In this document: positions 48,066 to 57,204 of the stretch, piece after piece
Numbering within the stretch: the stretch's first letter is position 1
How the letters are laid out: each line of letters opens with the position of its first letter
Source of the DNA: Alphaproteobacteria bacterium
GTDB taxonomy: Bacteria > Pseudomonadota > Alphaproteobacteria > UBA828
Direction: 5' to 3'
DNA length: 64,000 bases
Assembly (NCBI GenBank): GCA_965214705.1
Contig: CBDCCI010000002.1
Location: 2,528,001 to 2,592,000, forward strand
Program-made: the position numbers and the translations under genes
Notes under the pieces: model-generated
Database searches by the model: none
What the model was told of the DNA's origin: nothing
Seen by the model: only the letters and a program-made list of their open reading frames with translations

Positions 48066-49721
48066 ATGGAGACGGGCACCGGCAACGTCGATCTCGGCGC
48101 GCTCGCACGCCCCTACCGGGCGCTGTTCGAGGCGCAGCAGGCGGCTCTTGAGGCGCTTCGCGCCGAGAATGCGGCGCTGAGCGCTCGCAACCGCCGTCTC
48201 GAGGAGCAAGACCCGGAAGCGGCGGTCGAGACCCTGCGCGCCAAGGTCGCCTCGCTCACCGAGCAGAACCAGCGTCTTGAACATCTGCTCAACGAGTTGC
48301 GCCGGGCGATGTTCGGGAAGAAGTCCGAGAAGCTCCATCCCGACCAGCTCCTGCTCGCCTTCGAGGAGCTCGAAGGCGCGCTTGCCGAGGCCGAGGAAGA
48401 GACCCCGGCGAGCACGACGCGGCCGCCGCGCGCGAAGCGCCCCGCTGCGGAACGCAACATCGGTCATCTGCCGGCCCACTTGCCGCGCACCTACGAGGTT
48501 GTCGAGCCCGAGAGCAGGCTGTGCCCGTGCGGCTGCGGTGAGATGGTGAAGATCGGCGAGGACCGCACCGAGCGGCTCAACATCGTTCCGGCGCAACTTC
48601 AGGTCATCGTCACGATCCGGCCGAAGTACGCCTGCCGCAGTTGCGAGGAAGGCGTCACCCAGGCGCCGGCGCCGGCGCACCTCATCGAGGGCGGGCTGCC
48701 CACCGAGGGCATGCTCGCCCACGTGCTGGTGTCGAAGTTCGCGGACCACCTCCCGCTGTACCGGCAATCGCAGATCTACGCCCGCTCGGGCATCGAGCTG
48801 CACCGTTCGACGCTGGCCGAGTGGGTCGGCAAGGCGTCGTTCCACCTGCGGCCCGTGTTCGACTGCCTGAAGGGGGAGTTGAAGACGTCGAGCAACCTCG
48901 GCCTGGACGAGACCACGGTTCGGGTTCTCGACCCGGGCCGGGGCAAGACCAAGACCGGCTACATGTGGACGATGGCGCGCGACGAGCGGGCATGGTGCGG
49001 GGCCGATCCGCCGGGCGTGGTGTACGATTATGCGCCCAGCCGCAGCGGCAAGCATGGCGAGAAGCTGCTCGCGGGCTTCAAGGGAACGGTGCAGGTCGAC
49101 GGCTATTCCGGCCACAACCGGCTGCGCCGGCCGGATCGATCCGGAGGAGCACTGACGCTCGCGGCGTGCTGGGTCCACGCCAGGCGCGGCCTCAAGGAGG
49201 TGTTCGACAGCAACGCCTCGCCGATCGCCAAGGCCGGTCTGGAGCGCATCGCTCAGCTCTACAGGATCGAAGATAAGATCCGGGGCGAGCCGCCGGCGAC
49301 GCGCCAGTTCGTTCGATGGACCGAGTCCGCGCCGCTGGTGAACGCCTTCGGCGTCTGGCTCGACGAGCAGCGCTCGCTGGTCTCGCCGCGCTCGCGCCTC
49401 GGCGAGAAGCTGACCTACATCGCCAACCAGTGGGAGGGGTTGCTGGAGTTCCTGTACGACGGGCGCGTCGAGATGGACAGCAACTTCGTCGAGAACCGAA
49501 TCCGTCCGATCAAACTCACGGCCAAGAACGCGTTGTTCGCCGGCCACGACGAAGGCGCTATCTCTTGGGGCCGGATCGCTTCGCTGATCGAGACCTGCAA
49601 GATGAATGGGGTCGAGCCCTACGCCTGGCTCAAGAGCACGCTGGAGAAGATCGCCGCCGGCCACCCCCAATCCAAAATCGACGAACTCCTGCCCTGGAAC
49701 TTCGACCCGGCGTCAAGCTGA
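48066..49721 (+). CDS. tnpC: IS66 transposase TnpC
   Basis: FGKKSEK, CPCGCG, KFADHLPLYRQ, DET, DGYSG, CWVHARR, SNFVE, ELLPW. Confidence 0.96.
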   Translation: METGTGNVDLGALARPYRALFEAQQAALEALRAENAALSARNRRLEEQDPEAAVETLRAKVASLTEQNQRLEHLLNELRRAMFGKKSEKLHPDQLLLAFEELEGALAEAEEETPASTTRPPRAKRPAAERNIGHLPAHLPRTYEVVEPESRLCPCGCGEMVKIGEDRTERLNIVPAQLQVIVTIRPKYACRSCEEGVTQAPAPAHLIEGGLPTEGMLAHVLVSKFADHLPLYRQSQIYARSGIELHRSTLAEWVGKASFHLRPVFDCLKGELKTSSNLGLDETTVRVLDPGRGKTKTGYMWTMARDERAWCGADPPGVVYDYAPSRSGKHGEKLLAGFKGTVQVDGYSGHNRLRRPDRSGGALTLAACWVHARRGLKEVFDSNASPIAKAGLERIAQLYRIEDKIRGEPPATRQFVRWTESAPLVNAFGVWLDEQRSLVSPRSRLGEKLTYIANQWEGLLEFLYDGRVEMDSNFVENRIRPIKLTAKNALFAGHDEGAISWGRIASLIETCKMNGVEPYAWLKSTLEKIAAGHPQSKIDELLPWNFDPASS

Positions 49722-49789
49722 AAAGCAGGGTGGGGCGCTCGCAGCGCTTACGCGAATTATTGCCATTTGGACTCCAAGAGTATACCACA

Positions 49790-50716
49790 ATGGACATGAG
49801 TCGCCGCGGGCCATACCGGATTCCGCCGACGAGTGCTCTGATCGCTTTCGAGAGCGCCGCGCGGCACGGCAATTTCTCGCGTGCCGCTCGGGAGCTGCGC
49901 ACGTCCCAATCCGCCATCAGCCGCCACATTGCGAGCCTGGAGCGGCAACTTTCCACTCGACTGTTCCATCGGTCGCGGACCGGGGTGAGCCTGACCGACG
50001 CCGGCAGCCGCTATCGTGACGCCGTCGCCATCGGCCTCGGCGCCATCCATGCGGGTGCTGCCGAAGTCGCCGAACTATCGTCTGTCGAGCAAGTGGAGCT
50101 GGTGATCGCCTGCTCCGACGAGATATCGCACCTTTTCGTGATGCCGCGATACGACGCGCTCCAAAAGGCGCTCGGCGATCAGGTTCGAATTCGGATTCTG
50201 ACTTACCAACATAACATTCGATACTTGCCACCAACGCCGGTCGCGGATGTCCTCTTGTCGTGGGATCCGGCAACCAACACCCCCGAGGACTGTGCGGTCA
50301 TACTGCAGGAAAAGGTGAGCCCCCTTTGCTCGCCGGGCTACGCCGCGCTTCATGCCGAAACACTCAGGCAGCCCGTAACCGATTGGAGCAAGTTGACGTT
50401 TCTCGATATTGCGCGGCCCAATGAGGGGTGGGCGTCGTGGGACGATTGGTTCGACGTCGTCGGGCGCCCCGGCTCCGAACCCAGGTACGCGAATTATGAC
50501 AACTACACGTACGTGCTGGAGGCCGCCGCTGCGGGGCAGGGCATTGCACTGGGCTGGCGTCATTTCATCGAGCGTTATCTTGAGTCCGGAGCGTTGATTA
50601 CTCTCGATGACAAATTTCTGGAGACCGACAATCGATTTTGTGCCGTGGTTACAAAGAAGGGGCGACAACGGCCCCTCGCTCGCAAATGCCTGAACTTTTT
50701 TGAAAAATGCATTTAG
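49790..50716 (+). CDS. LysR family transcriptional regulator (GcvA-like)
   Basis: FESAARHGNFSRAAREL..SQSAISRHI..LE HTH; GQGIALGW; AT-richer than the flanks. Confidence 0.93.
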   Translation: MDMSRRGPYRIPPTSALIAFESAARHGNFSRAARELRTSQSAISRHIASLERQLSTRLFHRSRTGVSLTDAGSRYRDAVAIGLGAIHAGAAEVAELSSVEQVELVIACSDEISHLFVMPRYDALQKALGDQVRIRILTYQHNIRYLPPTPVADVLLSWDPATNTPEDCAVILQEKVSPLCSPGYAALHAETLRQPVTDWSKLTFLDIARPNEGWASWDDWFDVVGRPGSEPRYANYDNYTYVLEAAAAGQGIALGWRHFIERYLESGALITLDDKFLETDNRFCAVVTKKGRQRPLARKCLNFFEKCI

Positions 50717-50799
50717 CGCTAATGTTGGAGTTTCAAATCGACCCAATCAGTTAACTCGTGCCCGAGAGAAAACGTTACAGACTTCGTCATCGTTTTACC

Positions 50800-51180
50800 A
50801 GATTCATGCCCGCATGCGGCCGATTCAGGAGAACTCTTCATTCCGGACAGACCCGACTTGGTAGTCGCAAATATTGATCCCACGATAGCGCTTTAGGCGG
50901 GGTCGAAAGCATCGGAGACTCCGAGGCATGACGAACCCGAAGGGTTGTAAAGAGCACGAATAAATCCCAGGGACGGTTTAGGAATATCGCCCAATGCCCT
51001 TCTGCGGCTCGTGAATCCGAATTGGGTCCGCTGAGAGCATGCAAGACCATTGAATGAACGCGTTCCCCGTGCAGGCAGGTACGCCGGCATTCGGTTGCCC
51101 ACCGCGTTTGGGAGGGACTGCCCGGAGAGGCGATCGACGACGAGAAGGAGGATCAAGTTTACTCTATCTGGGGATGACAC
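50800..51180 (-). pseudogene. possible heavily decayed sulfatase 5' fragment
   Basis: Broken frames give PDRVNLILLLVVDRL...ARGTRSFNGLAC...SR and WDQYLR/DYQVG/LSGMK, loosely like sulfatase PNILLI.VD, ARG..F.N.YC and HYLR..GY.T.LSGKMH. Confidence 0.3.
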
Positions 51181-51437
51181 ACGTTAATTCTTGAGCAGAG
51201 ACTCGCCGCCTCGTCAGAATGCAGGTTGCCAACCGAGTGCCGGATAGGGTTAGGCTCGCCTTTGTGCGGCAGATAAGGCCGTACGCTCGCGCACCATCAA
51301 GATGTCAAGCCGATGCACGCTAATTCGCACGCACCAAAGCGCTTACTCGTGAGCGGCCGACGACGGCGCCCGCATCGGCAACGCAAACCTTACAGTTCGA
51401 ATCGCGCCGGTTGACGTGACCCGACGCGGTACTTTGG

Positions 51438-51863
51438 TTAGCTTGGCGAGGCGCCGTGGATGCGACCGAGCAACGGGCTTTGATGCCAGCAGACCTGAAG
51501 CCACTTGCCGTCCACGTGGTACCAAGTCTGGGTGAAGCCCATGAAGCGCTGCCGAAAGCCCGCGTCGCGCGGCTTGCCGCGGAAGGTCGAGAAGCCGCTG
51601 ACATGACCAGTCGTGCCCCAGACCCTGACGTTCAGCTCCCGCGGGATCCACTTGAAGTGCTCCCACAGCCCGGTGCCTCCGGCGTGAAAGTCGATATGGT
51701 CCTTGAACTCCTCCAGCGTCATCCGCCAGGGGTAATCCTCGTCCAGGATCTCGGCGCCGTCGTCGAAGGCACTCCAGAAGGCGTCGAGGTCGCCCTCGTT
51801 GAGCCCGCGCGCCCATGCGTGGAAGGCGGCTTCCAGCCCCGCCGCCGTGGCGTCCTGTGTCAT
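51438..51863 (-). CDS. NTF2/SnoaL-like (DUF4440-type) protein
   Basis: AFHAW..GLNEGDLDAF, C-terminal TQTW....GKW..VCWHQSP. Confidence 0.75.
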   Translation of the reverse strand: MTQDATAAGLEAAFHAWARGLNEGDLDAFWSAFDDGAEILDEDYPWRMTLEEFKDHIDFHAGGTGLWEHFKWIPRELNVRVWGTTGHVSGFSTFRGKPRDAGFRQRFMGFTQTWYHVDGKWLQVCWHQSPLLGRIHGASPS

Positions 51864-51976
51864 CGTTCCCCTCCTCCGGCCGTGCGTTGCGTTGCTGGAT
51901 GCACCTCACCACATGCACGCGCCAAACGCCAACGCCGGGAGCGGGGCGGCGCTCGGCCCGACGGCGGAGCGACCCG

Positions 51977-52579
51977 ATGACGGAAGCGTTAGTTCTGACC
52001 GTCGGGCACTCCAACCACCCGCTGGAGACCTTCGTCTCGCTCCTGCAGCAGCACGACGTCACGACACTCGCCGACGTTCGCTCGGCGCCCTACAGCCGCT
52101 TCAACCCGCAGTTCAACCGCAAGTCCCTCGACGCCGCGCTGCGGACGCACGGCATTGCGTACCGCTTCATGGGGCAGGCGCTCGGCGGGCGCCCCGAAGA
52201 CCGCTCCTGCTACGAGGACGGGCGCGTGCGCTACGATCGCATGGCGCGGACGTCTCTCTATCGCGAGGGGATCGATCGGGTGGTGGAGATGGCGGGGGTC
52301 GAGCGCCTGGCTCTGATGTGCGCGGAGAAGGAGCCGCTCGACTGCCACCGGACGCTGTTGGTCGGCCACAGCCTCGCCGGGCGCGGCGTCGCCGTCACCC
52401 ACATCCTCGCCGATGGAAGGCTGGAGCCCCACGACGACACGATGGACCGCCTGCTGGACTCCGTGAAGCTGCCCAGAGGCGACCTCCTGCACACGAAGGA
52501 GGAGCTGATCGAGCAGGCGCTGGCCCTGAAGGAGGGACGCATCGCCTACGCGGACAAGACATCGCGCAGCCGCCGATGA
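51977..52579 (+). CDS. DUF488 family protein
   Basis: TVGHSNH, DVRSAPYSR, LGGRP, LMCAEKEPLDCHR. Confidence 0.9.
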   Translation: MTEALVLTVGHSNHPLETFVSLLQQHDVTTLADVRSAPYSRFNPQFNRKSLDAALRTHGIAYRFMGQALGGRPEDRSCYEDGRVRYDRMARTSLYREGIDRVVEMAGVERLALMCAEKEPLDCHRTLLVGHSLAGRGVAVTHILADGRLEPHDDTMDRLLDSVKLPRGDLLHTKEELIEQALALKEGRIAYADKTSRSRR

Positions 52580-52653
52580 CGGACTGGGCGATCATGGTGC
52601 GGCCGCCGATCCGCTTGCGGGGGCCGCGGCGGGCCCCTATCCTTCCCGGTCGG

Positions 52654-52727
52654 GCGGGTGTAGCTCAATGGTAGAGCAGAAGCTTCCCAAGCTTACGACG
52701 AGGGTTCGATTCCCTTCACCCGCTCCA
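52654..52727 (+). tRNA. tRNA-Gly(CCC)
   Basis: GCGGGTG acceptor stem, TAGCTCAATGGTAGAGC D arm, TTCCCAA anticodon loop, GGTTCGATTCC T arm, encoded CCA. Confidence 0.97.
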
Positions 52728-52838
52728 TTCCGCGCCCACCCAGTGTCGCGGAAGCGACCCGGCCCCCGGCACCGGAAGACCGGCCAAGGGTGAGACCCGC
52801 CGGGGCAGTCTCGCCGGTGCCCTGCGGCTGAGGACGCG

Positions 52839-54047
52839 ATGTCGGACCGCTCCCGCATACTCTTCATCAACGTTGGGCACGGGCTCGACCACCTGTTCCT
52901 GCTGCTCTACCCGACCGTGGTGCTCACCCTCGAAGGGGTGTTCGACCGTTCCTACGGCGAGCTGCTCTCGCTTGCCGTGCCCGGCTTCATCGCCTTCGCC
53001 GCCGGCACGCTGCCGGCCGGCTGGTTGGGGGACCGGTGGAGCAGGCCCGCGATGCTCGCGATCTTCTTCGTCGGCATCGGGGCCGCGTCCATTCTCACCG
53101 GCTTCGCCCGCACGCCCTTCGAGCTTGCGGTCGGGCTCACGCTGATCGGCCTCTTCGCCTCGATCTATCACCCGGTCGGCATCGCCATGCTCGTCGAGGG
53201 ACGCGAGAAGGTCGGCAAGCTGCTCGGGGTCAACGGAGTCGCGGGAAACTTCGGGCTGGCGGCGGCGGCGATCGTGGCTGCGTCGCTGAGCGATGCGATC
53301 AGCTGGCGTGCGGCGTTCTTCGTGCCGGGCGCGGGCTCGCTGGTCGTGGGGCTCTGGTTCATCGCGGTCTGCCGGCAGTGGCGCAACAGCGAGGCGGTTT
53401 CCTCCCGACCCTCCCTGGGCCGGGGGTGGGGCGGCCAGCCCTCGGGCACGCTGCTGCGGCTGGTGCTGGTGATCGGCATCGCGACGACGCTCACGGGGCT
53501 CACGTTCCAGACCACGACCATCGCGCTCCCCAAACTGTTCGACGAAGGGCTCACCGGGATAACCGACAGTGCCCTCGGTATCGGCGGGCTGGTCTCGGTG
53601 GTCATCGCCATCGCCGCCTTCGCCCAGATCGGAGTCGGCTGGCTGATCGACCGCTACCCGGCCAAGCCGGTCTGGATCGCGGTGCTGTTCGCCCAGGCGC
53701 CGCTGATCGCCGCCGCCGGTGTGCTCGCTGGCCACGGCCTGATCATCGTGGCGCTCGCGATGATGATGGTGGTGGTCGGCGAGATTCCGATCCAGGACGC
53801 GCTGGTCACGCGTTACACGAAGGAGAGCTGGCGGGCGCGGGTCTTTGGCGTCAAGTTCCTGCTGGGCCTCGGCGCGAGCGCGGTGGCGGCGCCGCTGGTC
53901 GCGGGCCTCCACGGTGTTTCCGGCGGCTTCCTCTGGCTCTTCGTCGGACTCGGCGGCTCGGCGGCGCTGGTCGCCATCATCGCCTTCTGGCTGCCGAGCA
54001 GCGACGGTGGCGCGCCGCAGCACGCGGTGGCCAAGGCCGGGGCCTGA
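52839..54047 (+). CDS. MFS transporter
   Basis: GHGLDH, GWLGDRWSR (motif A), YHPVG, about 12 hydrophobic segments. Confidence 0.9.
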   Translation: MSDRSRILFINVGHGLDHLFLLLYPTVVLTLEGVFDRSYGELLSLAVPGFIAFAAGTLPAGWLGDRWSRPAMLAIFFVGIGAASILTGFARTPFELAVGLTLIGLFASIYHPVGIAMLVEGREKVGKLLGVNGVAGNFGLAAAAIVAASLSDAISWRAAFFVPGAGSLVVGLWFIAVCRQWRNSEAVSSRPSLGRGWGGQPSGTLLRLVLVIGIATTLTGLTFQTTTIALPKLFDEGLTGITDSALGIGGLVSVVIAIAAFAQIGVGWLIDRYPAKPVWIAVLFAQAPLIAAAGVLAGHGLIIVALAMMMVVVGEIPIQDALVTRYTKESWRARVFGVKFLLGLGASAVAAPLVAGLHGVSGGFLWLFVGLGGSAALVAIIAFWLPSSDGGAPQHAVAKAGA

Positions 54048-54087
54048 GACGGCCTGCGCGTCGGCTCGTCGAGGCCGCGACATTTGG

Positions 54088-54116
54088 TTGACCACGCCCA
54101 CCGGTTTGTGTTTCAT
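54088..54116 (+). promoter_or_regulatory. predicted sigma70-type promoter
   Basis: TTGACC-N17-TTTCAT ending 15 nt before the riboswitch. Confidence 0.5.
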
Positions 54117-54131
54117 GCGCGCACAGGACGC

Positions 54132-54212
54132 GCTCATCCAGAGCGGTGGAGGGACAGGCCCTTCGAAGCCGCGGCAACCGCCAAGAGCGGTGCCAATGCC
54201 TGATCGATGAGT
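54132..54212 (+). ncRNA. SAM-I superfamily riboswitch aptamer lacking P4
   Basis: P1 CUCAUC/GAUGAG, J1/2 CAGAG, P2 kink-turn CGGUGGAGGG-ACAGG-CCCUUCGAAGCCG, P3 GGCAACCGC/GCGGUGCC, pseudoknot CAGG/CCUG. Confidence 0.88.
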
Positions 54213-54279
54213 TAGCCGGAGGCGGAACTCCGCTCTCGGCGCTCGTAGAGCGCGTAGGAGACGAGAGGAGTACCGCCAG

Positions 54280-54345
54280 ATGATGACTCTGTGCGCCCAA
54301 CCATTCGCCCCTCCGGGGGCCGCGTCCTGTTGCGTCTGTACCTAG
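54280..54345 (+). CDS. putative Cys-rich leader peptide MMTLCAQPFAPPGAASCCVCT
   Basis: GAGGAG RBS at 54265-54270, ATGATG start, 4 Cys (CCVC just before TAG). Confidence 0.6.
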   Translation: MMTLCAQPFAPPGAASCCVCT

Positions 54346-54472
54346 GCTACCGCTCGTAGCCGATCCCACCGGGTGAGACCGATGGAGACCTCGCGGTCCT
54401 CCAGGCCTCTGGCATCGCCGCCGACCGGGGCGGTGTCAACGCCCGACAACCATGCCCACAAGGAGAAGATTC

Positions 54473-55036
54473 ATGTCCGATACCAGCGAAACTCCCGGCC
54501 TTAACGGTGTCAACGTCGAGCACCTGCTCGGCGCCCGCAATATCCTGGGCGACCAGCCCGAAGCCGGCCAGTTCACGTGGCGCGTTACCAACGAGTGGCT
54601 CCACGGCACCCACAGCAAGACGCAAGTGGAAGGCTATTTCGGCCTCGGCCAGGAGAACGACCACAAGGCGAGCTACTCGTTCGAGTCCGATCATCCCCTG
54701 GTGTTCGCGGCCGAGGACAACGCCGCCACGCCGGTGGAAATCGTGCTCACGGGCCTCGCGAGCTGCCTGACCGCGGGCGTCGCCGCGGTCGCACAGGTGC
54801 GGGAGATCCAGCTGCGTTCGGTCAAGGCCACGGTCGAAGGCGACATGGACATCGCCGGCATCCTGGGCGCCGATCCCGAAATCCGGAACGGGTTCAGCAA
54901 TGTCAAGGTCACCTACGATATCGACGCCGACGCCACGCCCGACGAGATCCAGGCGCTGGTCGCCCAGTCGCAAAAACGCTCGGCGGTCTACGATATCCTG
55001 ACCAACCCGACGAACGTCACCGTCGAGGTCAAGTAA
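54473..55036 (+). CDS. OsmC family protein (single-Cys subfamily)
   Basis: NGVNV, DHP..F...D...TPVE, LASCLTAG, RNGF, RSAVYD; AAGGAG RBS. Confidence 0.88.
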   Translation: MSDTSETPGLNGVNVEHLLGARNILGDQPEAGQFTWRVTNEWLHGTHSKTQVEGYFGLGQENDHKASYSFESDHPLVFAAEDNAATPVEIVLTGLASCLTAGVAAVAQVREIQLRSVKATVEGDMDIAGILGADPEIRNGFSNVKVTYDIDADATPDEIQALVAQSQKRSAVYDILTNPTNVTVEVK

Positions 55037-55044
55037 CCGCCGTC

Positions 55045-56292
55045 ATGCAGACGACGACCGTCGTGGTCGGGGCCGGTCATGCCGGCCTCGCCGTGAGCCA
55101 TTGCCTCGCCGCGCGCGGCATCGATCACGTGGTGATCGAGCGCGGCGAGGTGGCTCACACGTGGCGGACGGAGCGCTGGGAGTCGCTCCGCCTGCTGACG
55201 CCGAACTGGCAGACGCAGGTGCCCGGCCTCGCCTACGACGGCGACGATCCCGACGGCTTCATGACCATGGCCGAGGTGGTGGCGTTCATCGAGCGCTACG
55301 CCCGGCTCGTGGACCCGCCGCTCGAGACCGGCACCACCGTCGAAGCCCTGACCAAGAACGGCGCCGGCTACGAGGTGGCGACCGACCGGGGCGTCTGGCG
55401 CTGCGCATGCGTGGTGCTCGCCTCCGGCGGCTTCAACGTTCCGAAGATTCCGGCGGTCGGGGCGGCGCTCTCCGGCACCATCGAGTCGGTGACGCCGATG
55501 GACTACACGCGGCCCTCGGACTTGCCGGAGGGCGGCGTGCTGGTGGTCGGCGCGTCCGCCACCGGTGTCCAGATCGCGGACGAGGTGCACCGCTCGGGCC
55601 GCCCCGTGACGATCGCGGTGGGCGAGCACGTGCGCATGCCGCGCACCTATCGCGGCAAGGACATCCTGTGGTGGATGGATCGCACCGGGCTGCACGACGA
55701 GCGCTACGACGAGGTGGACGACATCGTGCGCGCGCGCCGGGTTCCCTCGCCGCAGCTCGTGGGCACGCCGGAACGCTCCACGCTGAATCTCAACGACCTC
55801 ACCGATCAGGGGGTGCGCCTGGTGGGCCTGCTGGCCGGGTTCTCGGACGGCAAGGCGCAGTTCTCGGGCTCGCTCCGCAACAAGTGCAACCTGGCGGACC
55901 TGAAGCAGGGCCGGCTGCTCGACACCATCGACGAATGGGTCGACGAGAACGGGCTCGATGACGAATTCGAGTCGCCGCATCGTTTCGAGCCGACGCGGGT
56001 GGAGGAGTCGCCGCCGCTCACCCTCGACCTCGCCCGCGAGGGGATTCGGACGGTGATCTGGGCGACCGGATACGAGCCCGACCATTCCTGGGTCGATCTT
56101 CCCGTGTTCGACCGCAAGGGGCGGCTGCGCCATGACGGCGGCGTGGTGACGGAGGCGCCGGGCGTCTACCGCATCGGCCTCAACTTCCTGCGCCGGCGCA
56201 AGTCAAGCTTCATCCACGGCACCGCCGACGATGCCCGCGATCTCACCGACCATTTGGCCGCTCAGATCGGCGCGGACTCGGCCCGCCACTGA
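55045..56292 (+). CDS. flavin-containing monooxygenase / FAD-NAD(P) oxidoreductase
   Basis: VVGAGHAGL, WRTERWESLRLLTPNW, VVGASATGVQIA, IWATGY. Confidence 0.9.
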   Translation: MQTTTVVVGAGHAGLAVSHCLAARGIDHVVIERGEVAHTWRTERWESLRLLTPNWQTQVPGLAYDGDDPDGFMTMAEVVAFIERYARLVDPPLETGTTVEALTKNGAGYEVATDRGVWRCACVVLASGGFNVPKIPAVGAALSGTIESVTPMDYTRPSDLPEGGVLVVGASATGVQIADEVHRSGRPVTIAVGEHVRMPRTYRGKDILWWMDRTGLHDERYDEVDDIVRARRVPSPQLVGTPERSTLNLNDLTDQGVRLVGLLAGFSDGKAQFSGSLRNKCNLADLKQGRLLDTIDEWVDENGLDDEFESPHRFEPTRVEESPPLTLDLAREGIRTVIWATGYEPDHSWVDLPVFDRKGRLRHDGGVVTEAPGVYRIGLNFLRRRKSSFIHGTADDARDLTDHLAAQIGADSARH

Positions 56293-56318
56293 CTCCGTCA
56301 CGCCGGGGCTTGCTTGAT

Positions 56319-57017
56319 CTAACGATTGGCCGCCTTTGTGCGCTCCAGGTGCTTGAGCGCCTCGCGCCGGCTCAGGTCCGAAAGTTCTGGATGAGCTTTG
56401 ACGAAGGCGCGCACCCAGGCCGGATCGGTCTTGGAGTACTCGCGCAACGCCCAGCCGATGCCCTTGCGCAGGAAGAACTCCGCCTCGCCGATGGACGGCC
56501 GGATCGCGTCGGCCAGCAGCTCCGTGTCCGTTGCCCGCTTGGCCCGGAGCTGGGCGAGTATCGCGGTCCGCCGCTTCCAGATGTTGTCGTCCTTCGCCCA
56601 TTCGCTCAGTACGGCCTTCATCGGGCGAGGATGAGCGGCGAGCATGATCCCTACTCCACGACCGGCAATCGCGTCCACGTAGTCCCACCAGGCGCCGGTG
56701 ACCACCAGCTCCTCGATTAACGGAACTCTCGCCGGCTCCAGCCAGCGCGAATAGCGCCCGAACAGCAGTAGCTCGACCGCCGCGTAGCGCTCCTCGCGGT
56801 GGGCGGCGTTGCGCCACAGGTCGAGAATCGCCGCCTCCCAGGCGCGGGCGTCGGGTAGCGGGCGTGCCCTGAACACAGAAGTGGCGAGACGCCGGCATTG
56901 CGGCACGCCCACGCCGAAATAGGGCATGTCCGACTTCATGTATGCCTGTTGCTGCGGGGCTCTCGCCGGGTCGGCGGCGTCGCGCAAGGCGGCAATGACA
57001 GAGTCTCGAATGCTCAT
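56319..57017 (-). CDS. DNA alkylation repair protein (AlkD-like)
   Basis: YMKS..PYFGV, REERY, WWDYVD, EFFLRKGIGWALREY. Confidence 0.9.
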   Translation of the reverse strand: MSIRDSVIAALRDAADPARAPQQQAYMKSDMPYFGVGVPQCRRLATSVFRARPLPDARAWEAAILDLWRNAAHREERYAAVELLLFGRYSRWLEPARVPLIEELVVTGAWWDYVDAIAGRGVGIMLAAHPRPMKAVLSEWAKDDNIWKRRTAILAQLRAKRATDTELLADAIRPSIGEAEFFLRKGIGWALREYSKTDPAWVRAFVKAHPELSDLSRREALKHLERTKAANR

Positions 57018-57204
57018 CGTGCGACCCTACTGATTCGGGGCGATTGTCGCTGTTCGGCGCCATCATGCCTCCGGCATCGCCTGCCCGACAGGTCCAACGA
57101 CCTGGCTCGAAGACCGCCATCCGCAGGCATGAGCTACCAGCGTCGGTCGCGCCCCAGCGGCCGCTGGGGCGACGACAGGCGGTGACATCGGCGCCGCTTG
57201 GAGG

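Larger units (their letters stand above)
44456..49751 (+). mobile_element. IS66 family element, interrupted by a nested element
   Basis: 23-bp perfect terminal IR GTAAGCGCTGCGAGCGCCCCACC; 8-bp DR GCGAATTA at 44448-44455 and 49752-49759; tnpA/B/C. Confidence 0.95.

Noticed and set aside
49316-49789. Apparent N-terminal extension of LysR through the IS66 end
   Set aside because: Alternative frame of tnpC that happens to be open; the HTH starts after 49790
52654-52727. tRNA-Gly as attB for the integrase at 46244-47122
   Set aside because: No duplicated tRNA 3' end seen, and the integrase belongs to the nested IS91-type element
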